From an uncultured Pseudomonadota bacterium (GTDB lineage Bacteria; Myxococcota_A; Polyangia; Fen-1088), in contig CAWKBC010000032.1 in NCBI GenBank assembly GCA_963847705.1, positions 480,009 through 544,008 on the forward strand: a stretch of DNA of 64,000 bases, given 5' to 3'. The position numbers and the translations under genes were made by a program. Below are positions 17,311 through 27,868 of this stretch, in pieces. Under the pieces are notes generated by a model. It searched no databases and was not told the DNA's origin. It saw only the letters and a program-made list of their open reading frames with translations. The stretch's first letter is position 1, and every line of letters begins with the position of its first letter.

Positions 17311-18390
17311 ATGGTTCTTCTTCAGGCCATCTTCGGACTGGTCACCAAGTCTGCCGGCAAGATCCTGAACGCCCTCTTCGGATGGGCGGTCCGGGCGCTC
17401 TTCGGGCAAACGACCGCCCGGGAGCAGACCTATCTGTCGGTCGTGGTGGGGGCGGCCGTCGCCTGGCCGATCCTGCTCCTCGGCGTCGTGGCCCCCAAAA
17501 TCGCGGCCCTGGCGCTGGCGTTCGTGCCGATCCCACATCGGATCCCCTCCTGGACCATCCGGTTGGTCTGGGTGTCGCTGGCGCTCATCATTCCGGTCGC
17601 GGTCGGGCTCGCCGTGGCGGCCAAGGCCCCGCCGTCCACGAAGCGTGAGTCGCGTGTGGTGACGGTCTTGCGCGGCTTCCCCATCACCGTGGGACTGGCG
17701 GCGGCGTTCCTCATCATGTTCGTGTCGGTCCCCGTGATGCGCCTGGCGACGATCGTGCGCCGGCGAAAGAGCGCCGACGTCCCCTTGATCACGCACGATG
17801 CCGCCTATCACCAGGTCGCGGTGACGATCTGCGAGGTCCTCAACCGGCACGGGTTCTCGTTGCGCCGGGCCTCCCCCGGCTGGTGGGTGGCGGCGCCGAC
17901 GCGAATCCTCGGCTTGCTGGGCGGCAGCGCCTTCCGTTCCTACGTTCCCGATCAGCTTGAGCATTTCGTCTCGCCAGACCTCGAGCTGTCGCTCTATCCC
18001 AGCGGGCTGCTCCTGCGTGGGAAGGCCAAACAGCTGACCTGGGCCCACGGGCTCGTCGCCGAGTCGGTGGTCCACACCGACGGTCTCCAGACGATCGATC
18101 CGAAAGCGCAGGCGCTGGAGAAGCGGCTGCACGGGCTCTGGAAGACGTATGATCAGGATCCGGTCGGGAACAAGGACTCTGCAGCGCTGGACCAAAAGCT
18201 CGACCAGGTGACGCACGATCTCGGGGAGCTGGAGGTCGACTTCGACGACTGGCAGGTTCTTTACCGCCAGATTCTCCAGGTCGGGCGCGCCATCCACGGC
18301 CACCGGCAGCTGATGGACGTGGGCGCCTCGAAGACCAAGGTCGGCACGGATTCGCCGGGACCGCGCTCCGCGCAACAGGGAGCAGTCTAG
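17311..18390 (+). CDS. Hypothetical membrane protein (3-4 N-terminal TM helices, soluble C domain)
   Basis: 359-aa ORF with GC3-biased codons and hydrophobic N half. Confidence 0.75.
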   Translation: MVLLQAIFGLVTKSAGKILNALFGWAVRALFGQTTAREQTYLSVVVGAAVAWPILLLGVVAPKIAALALAFVPIPHRIPSWTIRLVWVSLALIIPVAVGLAVAAKAPPSTKRESRVVTVLRGFPITVGLAAAFLIMFVSVPVMRLATIVRRRKSADVPLITHDAAYHQVAVTICEVLNRHGFSLRRASPGWWVAAPTRILGLLGGSAFRSYVPDQLEHFVSPDLELSLYPSGLLLRGKAKQLTWAHGLVAESVVHTDGLQTIDPKAQALEKRLHGLWKTYDQDPVGNKDSAALDQKLDQVTHDLGELEVDFDDWQVLYRQILQVGRAIHGHRQLMDVGASKTKVGTDSPGPRSAQQGAV

Positions 18391-18458
18391 CCCCGCGTGG
18401 CGCACTTGCTTGCGAGCAACTGGAGCGTGGTTAGGTTTTTACCTAGGAGAAAACACCC

Positions 18459-18728
18459 ATGTCGCTAGAAACCGTTCTCATCTGGATCGCGATTGGACTC
18501 ATCTCCGGATGGCTGGCCTCTGCGGTCGTCGGCGGAGGGTACGGCGTGGTCGGTGACATCGTCATCGGCATCGTCGGGTCGTTCCTGGGCGGCCTCATCT
18601 TCCGAGGTCTGCACCTGCACTCGCCGATTGGAGGGTTGGCGGGCACAATCTTCGTCGCCTTCGTGGGCGCCATCGCCTTGCTGATCGTTCTCCGGTTGCT
18701 TCGTTCGGCCGGCCCACGCCGATTGTAG
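18459..18728 (+). CDS. GlsB/YeaQ/YmgE family stress-response membrane protein
   Basis: WIAIGLISGWLA...GDIVIGIVGSFLGG...AFVGAIALL; AGGAG RBS. Confidence 0.9.
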   Translation: MSLETVLIWIAIGLISGWLASAVVGGGYGVVGDIVIGIVGSFLGGLIFRGLHLHSPIGGLAGTIFVAFVGAIALLIVLRLLRSAGPRRL

Positions 18729-20691
18729 TTGCCAACGCCGCCGGGCTTCGAGAACCTCGGGCCCGGCGGGAGTGGCGTGACGTCAGCTGAAGGTCACCCA
18801 ACCACCGCCGAGCCCCCCCGGACCAAGGGCGTCGGCCGCCTGGGCCTGGCGGCGCTTGGAATCGTCTTCGGCGACATCGGCACCAGCCCCCTCTACACGC
18901 TGCGGGCCTGTCTGAGTGGGCGGGGGGTAGCCCCCTTCAGCTCGGCCGACGTTCTCGGCGTCCTGTCGCTGATCGTCTGGACGCTGACGCTGGTGGTGTC
19001 CCTCAAGTACGTCACCATCGTCATGCGCGCCGACAATCACGGCGAGGGCGGCATCTTCGCCTTGCTGGCGCTCCTCCCCGAGCGGCCGCGCGCCACCAAG
19101 GGCAGCGTGGTCGGAATCGTGGCCCTCCTGGTGATCGCGGGCGCGGCGTTGCTCTACGGCGATGGGATGATCACGCCGGCGATCTCCGTCCTCTCCGCGG
19201 TCGAAGGGCTCGAGGTGGCTGCGCCCTGGCTGAAGCCGGCGGTCTTGCCCGTCACCTGCCTGATCCTGGTGCTCCTCTTCGCCTTCCAGCGTCGCGGCAC
19301 CGGCCGGCTCGGCCAGATCTTCGGTCCGATCATGGCGGTCTGGTTCGTGGTGATCGGCGCGCTCGGGGCGATCCAGATCGCCCAACATCCCGCGGTGCTG
19401 GCGGCGCTGGGGCCGCAACATGCCGTCCGCTACTTCGCCACCCACGGCGTCCGCAGCCTCTTCGTGCTGGGTTCGGTCGTCCTGGCCGTGACCGGCGCCG
19501 AGGCGCTCTACGCCGACATGGGTCACTTCGGACCCGCCCCCATCCGCGCGGGTTGGTTCGCGCTGGTCATGCCCGCGCTGGTGCTCAACTACCTGGGCCA
19601 AGGCGCGCTGATCCTGCGGGATGCAGCCGCCGCTCAGAATCCTTTCTTTGCCATGGCGCCGGCTGGTGCCGCGACCTACGCGCTCATCGGCCTTTCGACG
19701 GCCGCCACCGTCATCGCCTCGCAGGCGCTCATCTCGGGCGCCTTTTCCCTCACCAACCAGGCCATGCAACTCGGGTTTCTGCCGCCGGTGACGGTGGTCC
19801 ATACCTCCGGCGAAGAAGAGGGACAGGTCTACGTCCCCGAGGTGAACCTCGCGCTGGCCGTGGCCTGCCTCGCCCTGGTGCTCATCTTCCGTCATTCCAG
19901 CCGGTTGGCCTCGGCCTATGGCATCGCGGTCACCGGCACCATGGTCCTCACGTCCATCATCTTCTACGAGGTGGCGCGCACCACCTGGCGCTGGCCGTTG
20001 TGGAAGGCGGGCTCGCTGCTGGTCCTCTTTCTCTCGGTCGACCTGTCGTTCTTCGTGGCGAACCTCTTCAAGGTGGTCGACGGCGGCTTTCTGCCGCTCG
20101 GCGTGGGGTTGGTGCTCTTCCTCGGGATGGCGACCTGGAAGCGGGGCCGGCGCATCTTTCGTGATCAGATTCGAGGCCGATTCGCCGCCATTCGCCGACT
20201 TCCTGGCCGTTTGCCGGCGCTCCCCGGTGGCCCGAACGCCCGGCGTCGGCGTGTTCGTGACCGGCCACCCGGACGGTGTTCCGCCCGTCCTCCGCGCGCT
20301 GGTCGAGCGGGTGCGCGTCCTGCCCGAGACGGTGGTGCTCCTGACGATGGAGGTCTCCCACGTTCCGCGAATCACCCCGGGAGAAGGCAGCCGCCATGAT
20401 CGGCTCGCCGAGGGGTTCCACCGGCTGGTCATCGCGCGCGGCTACCTGGACCAACCCGACGTTCCCGCGGCGCTGGCCCGCGCCTGCCGGACCTGGTCCA
20501 TTCCCATCGATCCGGAACGGGCGACGTTCTATCTCGGCCGCGCGACCTTCATTGCTTCGTCGGCCGGTCGCATGGGTCACTGGAGCGAGTCGCTGTTCGC
20601 CTTCATGGCGCGCAACTCGCGGCCGGTGACCGACGCTTTCTGCATTCCACCCGCCCGGGTCGTGGAGATCGACTCCCGCATCGATCTTTGA
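18729..20691 (+). CDS. kup: KUP/HAK/KT potassium transporter, split by a +1 frameshift near 20170 (probably sequencing error)
   Basis: GDIGTSPLY, DNHGEGG, ALYADMGHF, AYGIAVTGTM in frame 1; C domain (RTPGVGVF, TFYLGR, VVEI) in the next frame; removing one T from GATTC 20168-20172 joins them. Confidence 0.9.
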
Positions 20692-20750
20692 TGGTCGGCA
20701 ATCTCGGCCCAGCATTGCCCTTGTCGGGCGCGTACCTAGGTTGCGGCTGC

Positions 20751-22868
20751 ATGCCAACCAAGCGCGCCCGAGGGACGACTGCTCCGACAACGCCAAAGGG
20801 CCAGGCCAGGCCGCCCAGCAAGACCGGTCGTGGTGGAGAGCCGCACCAGCTCGCCGAAACGCCGGCGCAGGTCCTCACCACGAATCAGGGCGTCCCCATC
20901 GGCGACGACCAGAACTCCTTGCAGGCGGTGAAACGGGGCCCGGTTCTGCTGGAGGACTTCGTCCTTCGGGAGAAGATCACGCACTTCGATCACGAGCGGA
21001 TTCCGGAGCGCATCGTGCACGCCCGCGGCTCGGCCGCGCACGGGTACTTTCAGGCCTACCGATCCCTCGGCAAGCTGACGCGCGCGGCGTTCTTGCAGGA
21101 TCCCAAGAAGAGGACACCGGTCTTCGCGCGCTTCTCCACCGTGGCGGGCGGCGCCGGCTCCGGCGACACCGCGCGGGACGTCCGCGGCTTCGCGGTGAAG
21201 TTCTACACGGAAGAAGGAAACTTCGATCTGGTCGGCAACAACATCCCGGTGTTCTTCATCCAGGATGCGATCAAGTTTCCCGATCTGATCCACGCGGTGA
21301 AGATGGAGCCGGACCGCGGGTTTCCGCAGGCCGCCTCGGCGCACGACACCTTCTGGGACTTCGTCTCTCTCCTGCCGGAGAGCATGCACATGCTGCTCTG
21401 GGTGATGTCGGACCGGGCCATCCCCCGGTCGTTGCGCATGATCGAGGGATTCGGGATCCACACCTTCCGCTTCGTGGACGACAAGGGGCGCTCGACCTTC
21501 GTCAAATTCCACTGGCGGCCGACCATCGGCGCCGCCTCGGTCGTCTGGGACGAGGCGGTGAAGCTCTACGGCGCGGATCCGGACTTTCACCGCCGGGACC
21601 TCTTCGAGGCGATCGCCAAGGGCGCCTTTCCCGAGTGGGAGCTGTCCATCCAGGCCTTCGACCAGAAGACCGCGGACAAGCTCCCCTTCGACGTGCTCGA
21701 TCCGACCAAGCTCATCCCGGAGGAGGTCATCCCCCTCGAGCCGATCGGCAAGATGGTCCTCGATCGGAACCCGGACAACTTCTTCGCCGAGACGGAGCAG
21801 GTCGCGTTCCATCCCGGCCACGTCGTGCCGGGCATCGACTTCACGAACGACCCGCTCTTGCAGGGTCGTCTCTTCTCTTATCTCGACACCCAGCTCATCC
21901 GGTTGGGCGGCCCGAACTTTCACGAGCTGCCGATCAACCGCCCGAAGTGCCCGATGCGGAACTTTCAGCGCGACGGCTTCATGCAGATGGAGGTCCCCAA
22001 AGGGCGGGTCAGCTACGAGCCGAACAGCCTCGACCCCCAGGGGCCGCGAGAGCTCCCGGGCGGCGGCTTCACCACCTTCGCCGAGCCGCTGGCCGGCGCC
22101 AAGGAGCGCGTTCGCCCGGAGAGCTTCGCCGATCACTACAGCCAGGCGCGGCTGTTCTTCCGCTCGATGACCGAGCCGGAGCAGCGGCACATCGTGAGCG
22201 CCTTCGCCTTCGAGCTGGGCAAGGTGGAGACGGCGGCGATCCGACGCCGGATGCTCGGTCACCTCGACATCGTCGACAAAGCGCTGGGGGACGGCGTGGC
22301 GCAGGCGCTGGGGATGGAGGGTCAGGCCGAAAAGCTTCGTCCCGCGCAGGCCCCCATCGACTTGCCGCCCTCGCCGGCCCTGAGCCTCATCGGCAAGGCT
22401 GAAAAGACGCTGCAGGGGCGCAAGGTGGCGGTCCTGGTCGGTGATGGGAGCGATCCGACGCTGGTCGCCGCGCTGCGGGCCGCCTTGAAGAAGGAAGGAG
22501 CCGAGCTGGCGGTGGTCGCCCCGAAGATCGGAGGCGCCCGGGGCAAAGGGGGCCAGATGATCGCGGCCGACCAGGCGCTGGCCGGGGCGCCGTCGATTCT
22601 CTTCGACGCGGTGGTGCTCGCTCCCTCGGCCGAAGCGGCAGCCCTTCTGACCGAGCAAGCGGCCGCCATCGACTGGGTGAGAGATGCCTTCGGTCACCTG
22701 AAGGTGATCGGACACGTCGCGGCAGCCGCGCCTCTCCTCGAGCGAGCCGGGATCGCGGCAGACGCCGGCGTGATCGCGCTCGATGGCCCGAGGTCGATGG
22801 CGGCCTTCATCGCCGCGGCGAAGACCGCCCGGATCTGGGATCGAGAACCGAAGCTTCGCCATCCCTGA
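20751..22868 (+). CDS. katE: Large-subunit catalase (HPII type) with C-terminal DJ-1-like domain
   Basis: [26 protein letters not shown], heme ligand [19 protein letters not shown]. Confidence 0.96.
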   Translation: MPTKRARGTTAPTTPKGQARPPSKTGRGGEPHQLAETPAQVLTTNQGVPIGDDQNSLQAVKRGPVLLEDFVLREKITHFDHERIPERIVHARGSAAHGYFQAYRSLGKLTRAAFLQDPKKRTPVFARFSTVAGGAGSGDTARDVRGFAVKFYTEEGNFDLVGNNIPVFFIQDAIKFPDLIHAVKMEPDRGFPQAASAHDTFWDFVSLLPESMHMLLWVMSDRAIPRSLRMIEGFGIHTFRFVDDKGRSTFVKFHWRPTIGAASVVWDEAVKLYGADPDFHRRDLFEAIAKGAFPEWELSIQAFDQKTADKLPFDVLDPTKLIPEEVIPLEPIGKMVLDRNPDNFFAETEQVAFHPGHVVPGIDFTNDPLLQGRLFSYLDTQLIRLGGPNFHELPINRPKCPMRNFQRDGFMQMEVPKGRVSYEPNSLDPQGPRELPGGGFTTFAEPLAGAKERVRPESFADHYSQARLFFRSMTEPEQRHIVSAFAFELGKVETAAIRRRMLGHLDIVDKALGDGVAQALGMEGQAEKLRPAQAPIDLPPSPALSLIGKAEKTLQGRKVAVLVGDGSDPTLVAALRAALKKEGAELAVVAPKIGGARGKGGQMIAADQALAGAPSILFDAVVLAPSAEAAALLTEQAAAIDWVRDAFGHLKVIGHVAAAAPLLERAGIAADAGVIALDGPRSMAAFIAAAKTARIWDREPKLRHP

Positions 22869-22956
22869 GGGGCGGGCCGCCTGCCCAGGCAAGCTCGGCC
22901 AGTCCGAATGAAGCGCGCCCGGGACAATTCCCTGGCGTGCGCGTCCTTTCTGCGTC

Positions 22957-23015
22957 ACCATCTAAGCAGATGGTAACCAGATGGTGTTCGGATGGTCTCG
23001 GGATGGTCAGATGGC
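22957..23015 (+). promoter_or_regulatory. Array of GATGGT boxes, probable CopG operator
   Basis: GATGGT at 22969, 22980, 22991, 23002 (exact 11-bp period), inverted ACCATC at 22957, GATGGC over the ATG. Confidence 0.7.
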
Positions 23016-23406
23016 CGACCTAGAGAAGACCGAGAAGATCACGATCAACCTGGGTCTGGTCGATCTCGGGCAGATCGATCTGCTGGTGCAGGAAGGCTTC
23101 TACGCCAACCGCACCGACTTCATCCGCTCGGCAATCCGCACCCAGCTCGCCACCCGTGCCGCGGCGGTCGAGCAGAGCGTCGCCCGCAGGACACTGGTGC
23201 TGGGGAGCGCCCACTTCACCCGCGCGCAGCTGGAGGAGCTGCGCAGCGCCGGCCAGACGCTGCAGATTCGCGTGCTCGGTCTGGCCACCATCGCCGACGA
23301 CGTCTCACCGAAGCTCGCGCTGCAGACAATTGCCTCGGTCGAGGTCCTGGGCGCGTTTCGCGCGACCGCCGAAGTCAAAGCGGCGCTCGCGTCGCGCATC
23401 GTCTGA
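23011..23406 (+). CDS. CopG-family ribbon-helix-helix transcriptional regulator
   Basis: EKITINLGLVDLGQIDLLVQEGFYANRTDFIRSAIRTQL. Confidence 0.9.
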   Translation: MADLEKTEKITINLGLVDLGQIDLLVQEGFYANRTDFIRSAIRTQLATRAAAVEQSVARRTLVLGSAHFTRAQLEELRSAGQTLQIRVLGLATIADDVSPKLALQTIASVEVLGAFRATAEVKAALASRIV

Positions 23407-23444
23407 CAGCGCCGAGGGCCGAGAAGAGAAGAAAGGATCGTCCA

Positions 23445-24510
23445 ATGGACAAGGATCGACTGTCCCGAATGTACGAAGCCACCCGGCTGACCAGCCAATC
23501 ACGATTCGCTGAGGCGGCAGCTCTCCTTCAGCGGGGCTCGGGTGGCGGCGGCCATCTGCCCAGCGTGCAAGCCCTGTTGTCTCGGCTGCCGCACGGCTTC
23601 AACCGTCTGTCCGCGCCGGTGACGGAGCGTCGTCCTCGGCCCAAGGGCCCGGGCCTGTTCCTCGACCTCGACCACGCCAACGCGGCCGGCGCGCGCGCCT
23701 GCAAGCTGTATGTGCCCACCGGGTACGCCGGGCAGGCGGCGCCGCTGGTGGTGATGCTGCACGGGGGTACGCAAAACGCCGACGACTTCGCCGCCGGCAC
23801 GCGGATGAACGAGCTCGGCGAGCGCCACGGATTCCTGGTCGCCTACCCGGAGCAGTCGCGCACCGCCAATCCCAAGGGGTACTGGAACTGGTTCCAACCC
23901 AAGGACCAGCAGCGCGGGAGCGGGGAAGCGTCGCTCATCGCCGGCCTCACCGAGCGGCTCATCGCCCAGTACGCCCTCGACACCCGGCGGGTCTACGTGG
24001 CCGGCTTCTCCGCGGGCGGGGCGATGGCGGCGGTCATGGCCGCCGCCTACCCCGACCTGTATGCAGCGGCGGCCGTCCATTCCGGCCTGGCCGCGGGCAG
24101 CGCCCACGACATCCCCTCCGCGTTCGCCGCGATGGCGCAGGGGGCGCCAACCCCCACGAGCCCGCCGGTCCCGTTCGATCATCTTCCATGGCGAAGCGGA
24201 CCCCACGGTCAATCACGTCAACGCCGACGGCCTCGTCAGGTCCGTCCTCCCGGACGCCAGAGCTCGCCAGCGGCCGCTCTCGACCACTGGACGGGTGCCC
24301 GGAGGCCACGGCTACACCCGGCGGGTCTACCCCGACCGCGACGGAACAGCGCTGGTGGAACAGTGGACGATCCATCATGCTGGGCACGCCTGGTCGGGAG
24401 GGAGCCCGGACGGCACCTACACGGACCCGCGGGGGCCCGACGCCTCGAGCGAGCTCGTCCGCTTCTTCGCCCAGCACGCCCAGCACGAGGTCCGGCAGCG
24501 GGCGGCCTGA
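23445..24510 (+). CDS. PHB-depolymerase-family esterase (LpqC-like), split by a +1 frameshift near 24175
   Basis: PLVVMLHGGTQ, WNWF, lipase box AGFSAGG in frame 1; IIFHGEADPTV, GHAWSGG, GPDAS in the next frame. Confidence 0.88.
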
Positions 24511-24657
24511 GGCGGCGGCTCTCCTGCCAGAATGCGCCGCCGAACGTAAGGCATTCCCCCAGATGGGTAAGGCGGATCCCTAACTCGGCAGCGGATTGCG
24601 TACGGAATGCATCGGGGCCCTTGCGTACGCGGCAGGCGTTCCTATTTCCAAGTAGCG

Positions 24658-25020
24658 ATGACGGTTGTGATGCTGGTCGACGATGACGAAGGTGCGCGAG
24701 AGTCCCTCACGGAGCTTCTCGAAGAGACCGGCTATTCGGTCCTTCAGGCCGACAATGGCTCGACGGCGTGGCAGCTGTTGGAGGAGGTCAAGGGGAGGTG
24801 CGACATCATCGTGCTGGACCTGATGATGCCCACCATGAACGGATGGGATTTTCGCCGCAAGCAGCGGGGAGATCCCAGGTTCGCCGGCATCCCCGTGCTG
24901 CTGATGTCGTCCGGTGCTCACATCGCATCGGTGTCTGCCGAGCTGGAGGCCGCAGACTACATGTCCAAACCGGTGGAGATTGCGGATCTTCGGGAGAAAC
25001 TCCGCAAGCACGCGGCGTGA
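24658..25020 (+). CDS. Single-domain response regulator
   Basis: MLVDDD, IIVLDLMMPTMNG, MSS, SKP; all receiver residues present. Confidence 0.92.
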   Translation: MTVVMLVDDDEGARESLTELLEETGYSVLQADNGSTAWQLLEEVKGRCDIIVLDLMMPTMNGWDFRRKQRGDPRFAGIPVLLMSSGAHIASVSAELEAADYMSKPVEIADLREKLRKHAA

Positions 25021-25991
25021 TCGTCGTCGATTCGACCCGTGATCGCCCCGAGGCCGGCCCCGCGGGGGCTCGACAATTCCTGGGAGGATACGAGCTCGGT
25101 CAGCTGTTGGGGGTGGGCGGAATGGCCGAGGTCTTCAAGGCCGAATACAACCCCGTCCGCGGAGCTCGACGGACCGTGGTGGTCAAGCGCATCCTTCCGC
25201 GCCACGCCAGCAACGCCGAGTTCACCAAGCTGTTCGTCGCGGAGGCGAAGATTCTGGGCCTCTTGAACCACTCGAATGTCGTCAAGGCTTACGACTTCGG
25301 AGAGGAGAACGGCGTCCTCTTTCTCGTCCTGGAGTACGTCGACGGCCCCTCCATCGCCGACGCGATCGGAACCCTTCGAGAGCACGGCCGAGAGATGCCG
25401 GTCGCCGCGGCGGCACACTTTGCTCACGAGGTCTGCCTGGCGCTGGACTACGTTCACACCTTGAAAGGCGGGGACGGCGAGCCGCTGAACGTCATTCACC
25501 GGGACGTCACGCCGTCCAACATCCTTCTCACCCAGACTGGCGGCATCAAGCTTCTGGACTTCGGGGTGGCCAAGTACCGCGCCTCGCAGGTGAAGACCAG
25601 TGAAGGGTTCATCAGGGGAAAGGCCGCCTACCTGGCGCCAGAGACCCTGGAGGCGAAACCCTTCGACTGCCGGGTCGACATCTTCTCGCTGGGAATCGTT
25701 CTGCACGAGATGTTGACGCTGACCAGCCTCTTCGAATCCGACAACCACATGCTCACCTTTCGGAAGATTCTGGCCCTGCCGATCGAGCCTCCGTCGAAGA
25801 TGCGCCCTTCCGTACCGGCGGAGCTGGACGCGATCGTCATGAAGGCCCTGGAGCGCGACCCCGCGCGCCGCTATCAGACAGCCGGCGACATGGCGGCCGA
25901 TCTCCGACGGTTCGTGGTCGAAAATGGTCTCCCCGAGAACTGGAATGGCGCCTTCGTGCGCGCTCTGGTCGACCTCGAGACGCCGGGCTGA
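25017..25991 (+). CDS. Hanks-type Ser/Thr protein kinase, cytoplasmic, kinase domain only
   Basis: LGVGGMAEV, VVKR, HRDVTPSN, DFG, YLAPE, DIFSLG; GTGA overlap with the regulator. Confidence 0.93.
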   Translation: MIVVDSTRDRPEAGPAGARQFLGGYELGQLLGVGGMAEVFKAEYNPVRGARRTVVVKRILPRHASNAEFTKLFVAEAKILGLLNHSNVVKAYDFGEENGVLFLVLEYVDGPSIADAIGTLREHGREMPVAAAAHFAHEVCLALDYVHTLKGGDGEPLNVIHRDVTPSNILLTQTGGIKLLDFGVAKYRASQVKTSEGFIRGKAAYLAPETLEAKPFDCRVDIFSLGIVLHEMLTLTSLFESDNHMLTFRKILALPIEPPSKMRPSVPAELDAIVMKALERDPARRYQTAGDMAADLRRFVVENGLPENWNGAFVRALVDLETPG

Positions 25992-26013
25992 CGGAAGGCC
26001 CAGGGCGGGCTGG

Positions 26014-26859
26014 TCAGAGGCCGAGGAGGATCTTCGAGACGTCGTAGAGAACGTCGCCCCGGCGGGGAACCGCAAGGACGGGGACGCGGGCGCGCAAGCT
26101 GGGCGCCCTGGCGATCTCGGCGGCCGCCTGGGCGTTGTACGCATAGGCCATCAAGGTGCGGAGATTGATGACGTCGTAGAGGTTGTATTCGGCAAACAGG
26201 CGCAACGCCCTGCGGTCCCCCTCCCGCCCGCGGCGAAACAGCTGGCAGGCGTCCCAACCGTCGATCCCCCGGAGATGCGCCGGCCGCGCCAGATTCAGCG
26301 CACCGATGTCGCTCTCGATGCGCTTGAGCCCGCCATGATGGCCGAGGCGGGCCAGCAGGTGGCGGAGATCGATGTGACAGACAGGCGGGACCCAGTCCGG
26401 GAAAGCGCGTCGCAGGATCGGCAGGTCGAACGACAGCCCGTTGAACGTGACCAGGAGACTCCATTTGCGGGCCAGCGCCGGAAACAGCTGAAGATCGCGC
26501 CCCGCCAGCAGCAGACGCGGGCCCTCCCGGTCGAGAAAGCCGATCGCCGAGATGCCCTCGCGCCCCCACACGTCGTCGCCGGTCTCGATATCGAGATAGG
26601 CGGCGTCGTCCCCGAAGGCCTCGAAGAGCCGCCAGTGCTCGGAGGCCGGTAAGGTGGCGGCGAGCCGATCCACGTCGCCTCGGCTCAGAGCGGCCATCGC
26701 GTCGCCCACCGCGGCCCGCAGCAGCGGATCGGCGCGGTTGGAGACGACCGGACCGGGCCGCACCGCCAGGTCGGACCAGGTGGCGACGCCGGCGCACCAG
26801 AGTCTCCGCTCGCGCACGGGTCCCAGACCGGGAACGAGCTGGAACGTGCTCTGCAGCAT
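26014..26859 (-). CDS. YprB-like RNase H-fold exonuclease
   Basis: AYLDIETG, VTFNGLSFDLP, HIDL, GLKRIE, YNLYDV. Confidence 0.88.
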   Translation of the reverse strand: MLQSTFQLVPGLGPVRERRLWCAGVATWSDLAVRPGPVVSNRADPLLRAAVGDAMAALSRGDVDRLAATLPASEHWRLFEAFGDDAAYLDIETGDDVWGREGISAIGFLDREGPRLLLAGRDLQLFPALARKWSLLVTFNGLSFDLPILRRAFPDWVPPVCHIDLRHLLARLGHHGGLKRIESDIGALNLARPAHLRGIDGWDACQLFRRGREGDRRALRLFAEYNLYDVINLRTLMAYAYNAQAAAEIARAPSLRARVPVLAVPRRGDVLYDVSKILLGL

Positions 26860-26932
26860 GCACTGAACATACTATCAGTCCAGGCGGAAACACCAGGAAT
26901 CGCGCCGATCTGAAGCCGATCGGTCGCGGCCG

Positions 26933-27793
26933 TTACGGCCGGCTCAGCCCTTGCGCTGGCAGGGTGAAGGTCCCCTCCGTCGGGCCCAAGTTGACCGCCA
27001 CGCGACCGACCGCGCCAGCGTCGAACCAAACCGTGCCTTCCAGCCGGTAGGGGACGACGAATGTCGGGGGGTGGCCCTGCTTCAGATCGTCGACCGATTG
27101 CGCCGCGAGCTGTCGCATGGTCGCCAGGAGCTCGGACGGCTGCAACGACATCCGCGCGACGACCTGGAGATTGCCGGCCGGCGCCAGCTTGGGCGCCAGC
27201 AGCGAGGGGAGCTGGCCAGCCGCGCCCTCGAGGCCCGACACAACCAAGAGCGGCGCCGCCGCCGCGGCGTAGTCGGAGAGCGAATGAATGTCGTGCGACG
27301 AGGCCTGACACGCCGTGGGGTTCGACCCGGCGGCCGCACAGTTGGGAGCTTCCGCCGGGCAGAAGGTGACGCACGCGGCGCCGAGCTTCTGGTTGCTGGC
27401 CGCCGGGAAAACCGTCACCGCGGTGAGGAGGCTGCTGAGCGGCAGCGGCACCTGGTTCGGGTTCGTGACCTTGAATGAGACGTCGAAATCGACGGCCATG
27501 GTGGCCGGCTCGGGCCGGGCGCCGAACAGCCCCTGACAGAGCAATGCTCCACCCCCGAGCGGCGCCGAGACCAGGTCGGGGCAGTAGTAGGCCGCCAGCT
27601 GCGTGGCCGACGGGGCCCGCGCCAGGTCGACCCGCTCGAACGTCAGGACCGGCGGCTGCACGCCCAGCCCGGCGCTCGCCGGCGGCGGCAACCCGAGCGC
27701 GGCGCAGCCCGCCAGGGCCAAGACTGCGGCCAGGAGAGCGAGTGAAGCGAGGCGGGGGAGGATGGCCGGCGTGACCGATGATTTGTGGCGCAC
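26933..27793 (-). CDS. Lipoprotein with LEA_2/WHy-like beta domain; start uncertain
   Basis: Lipobox LAGC; FKVTNPNQVPLPL and VPYRLEGTVWFD patterns; six further Cys. Confidence 0.7.
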   Translation of the reverse strand: MRHKSSVTPAILPRLASLALLAAVLALAGCAALGLPPPASAGLGVQPPVLTFERVDLARAPSATQLAAYYCPDLVSAPLGGGALLCQGLFGARPEPATMAVDFDVSFKVTNPNQVPLPLSSLLTAVTVFPAASNQKLGAACVTFCPAEAPNCAAAGSNPTACQASSHDIHSLSDYAAAAAPLLVVSGLEGAAGQLPSLLAPKLAPAGNLQVVARMSLQPSELLATMRQLAAQSVDDLKQGHPPTFVVPYRLEGTVWFDAGAVGRVAVNLGPTEGTFTLPAQGLSRP

Positions 27794-27868
27794 GTGGATT
27801 CAATGACGGTAACCACGATCTTGGACGGGAGCTGCACAGTTCCAAGATGGCGTGGTTATAGTCCGCGC

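Noticed and set aside
18398-18413. Sigma54 promoter before the glsB-like gene (TGGCGCACTTGCTTGC)
   Set aside because: GG-to-GC spacing is 11, not the required 10
24658-26859. Kinase plus nuclease as an anti-phage defence system
   Set aside because: Convergent genes, typical myxobacterial signalling kinase, and no helicase, methylase or other defence partner nearby
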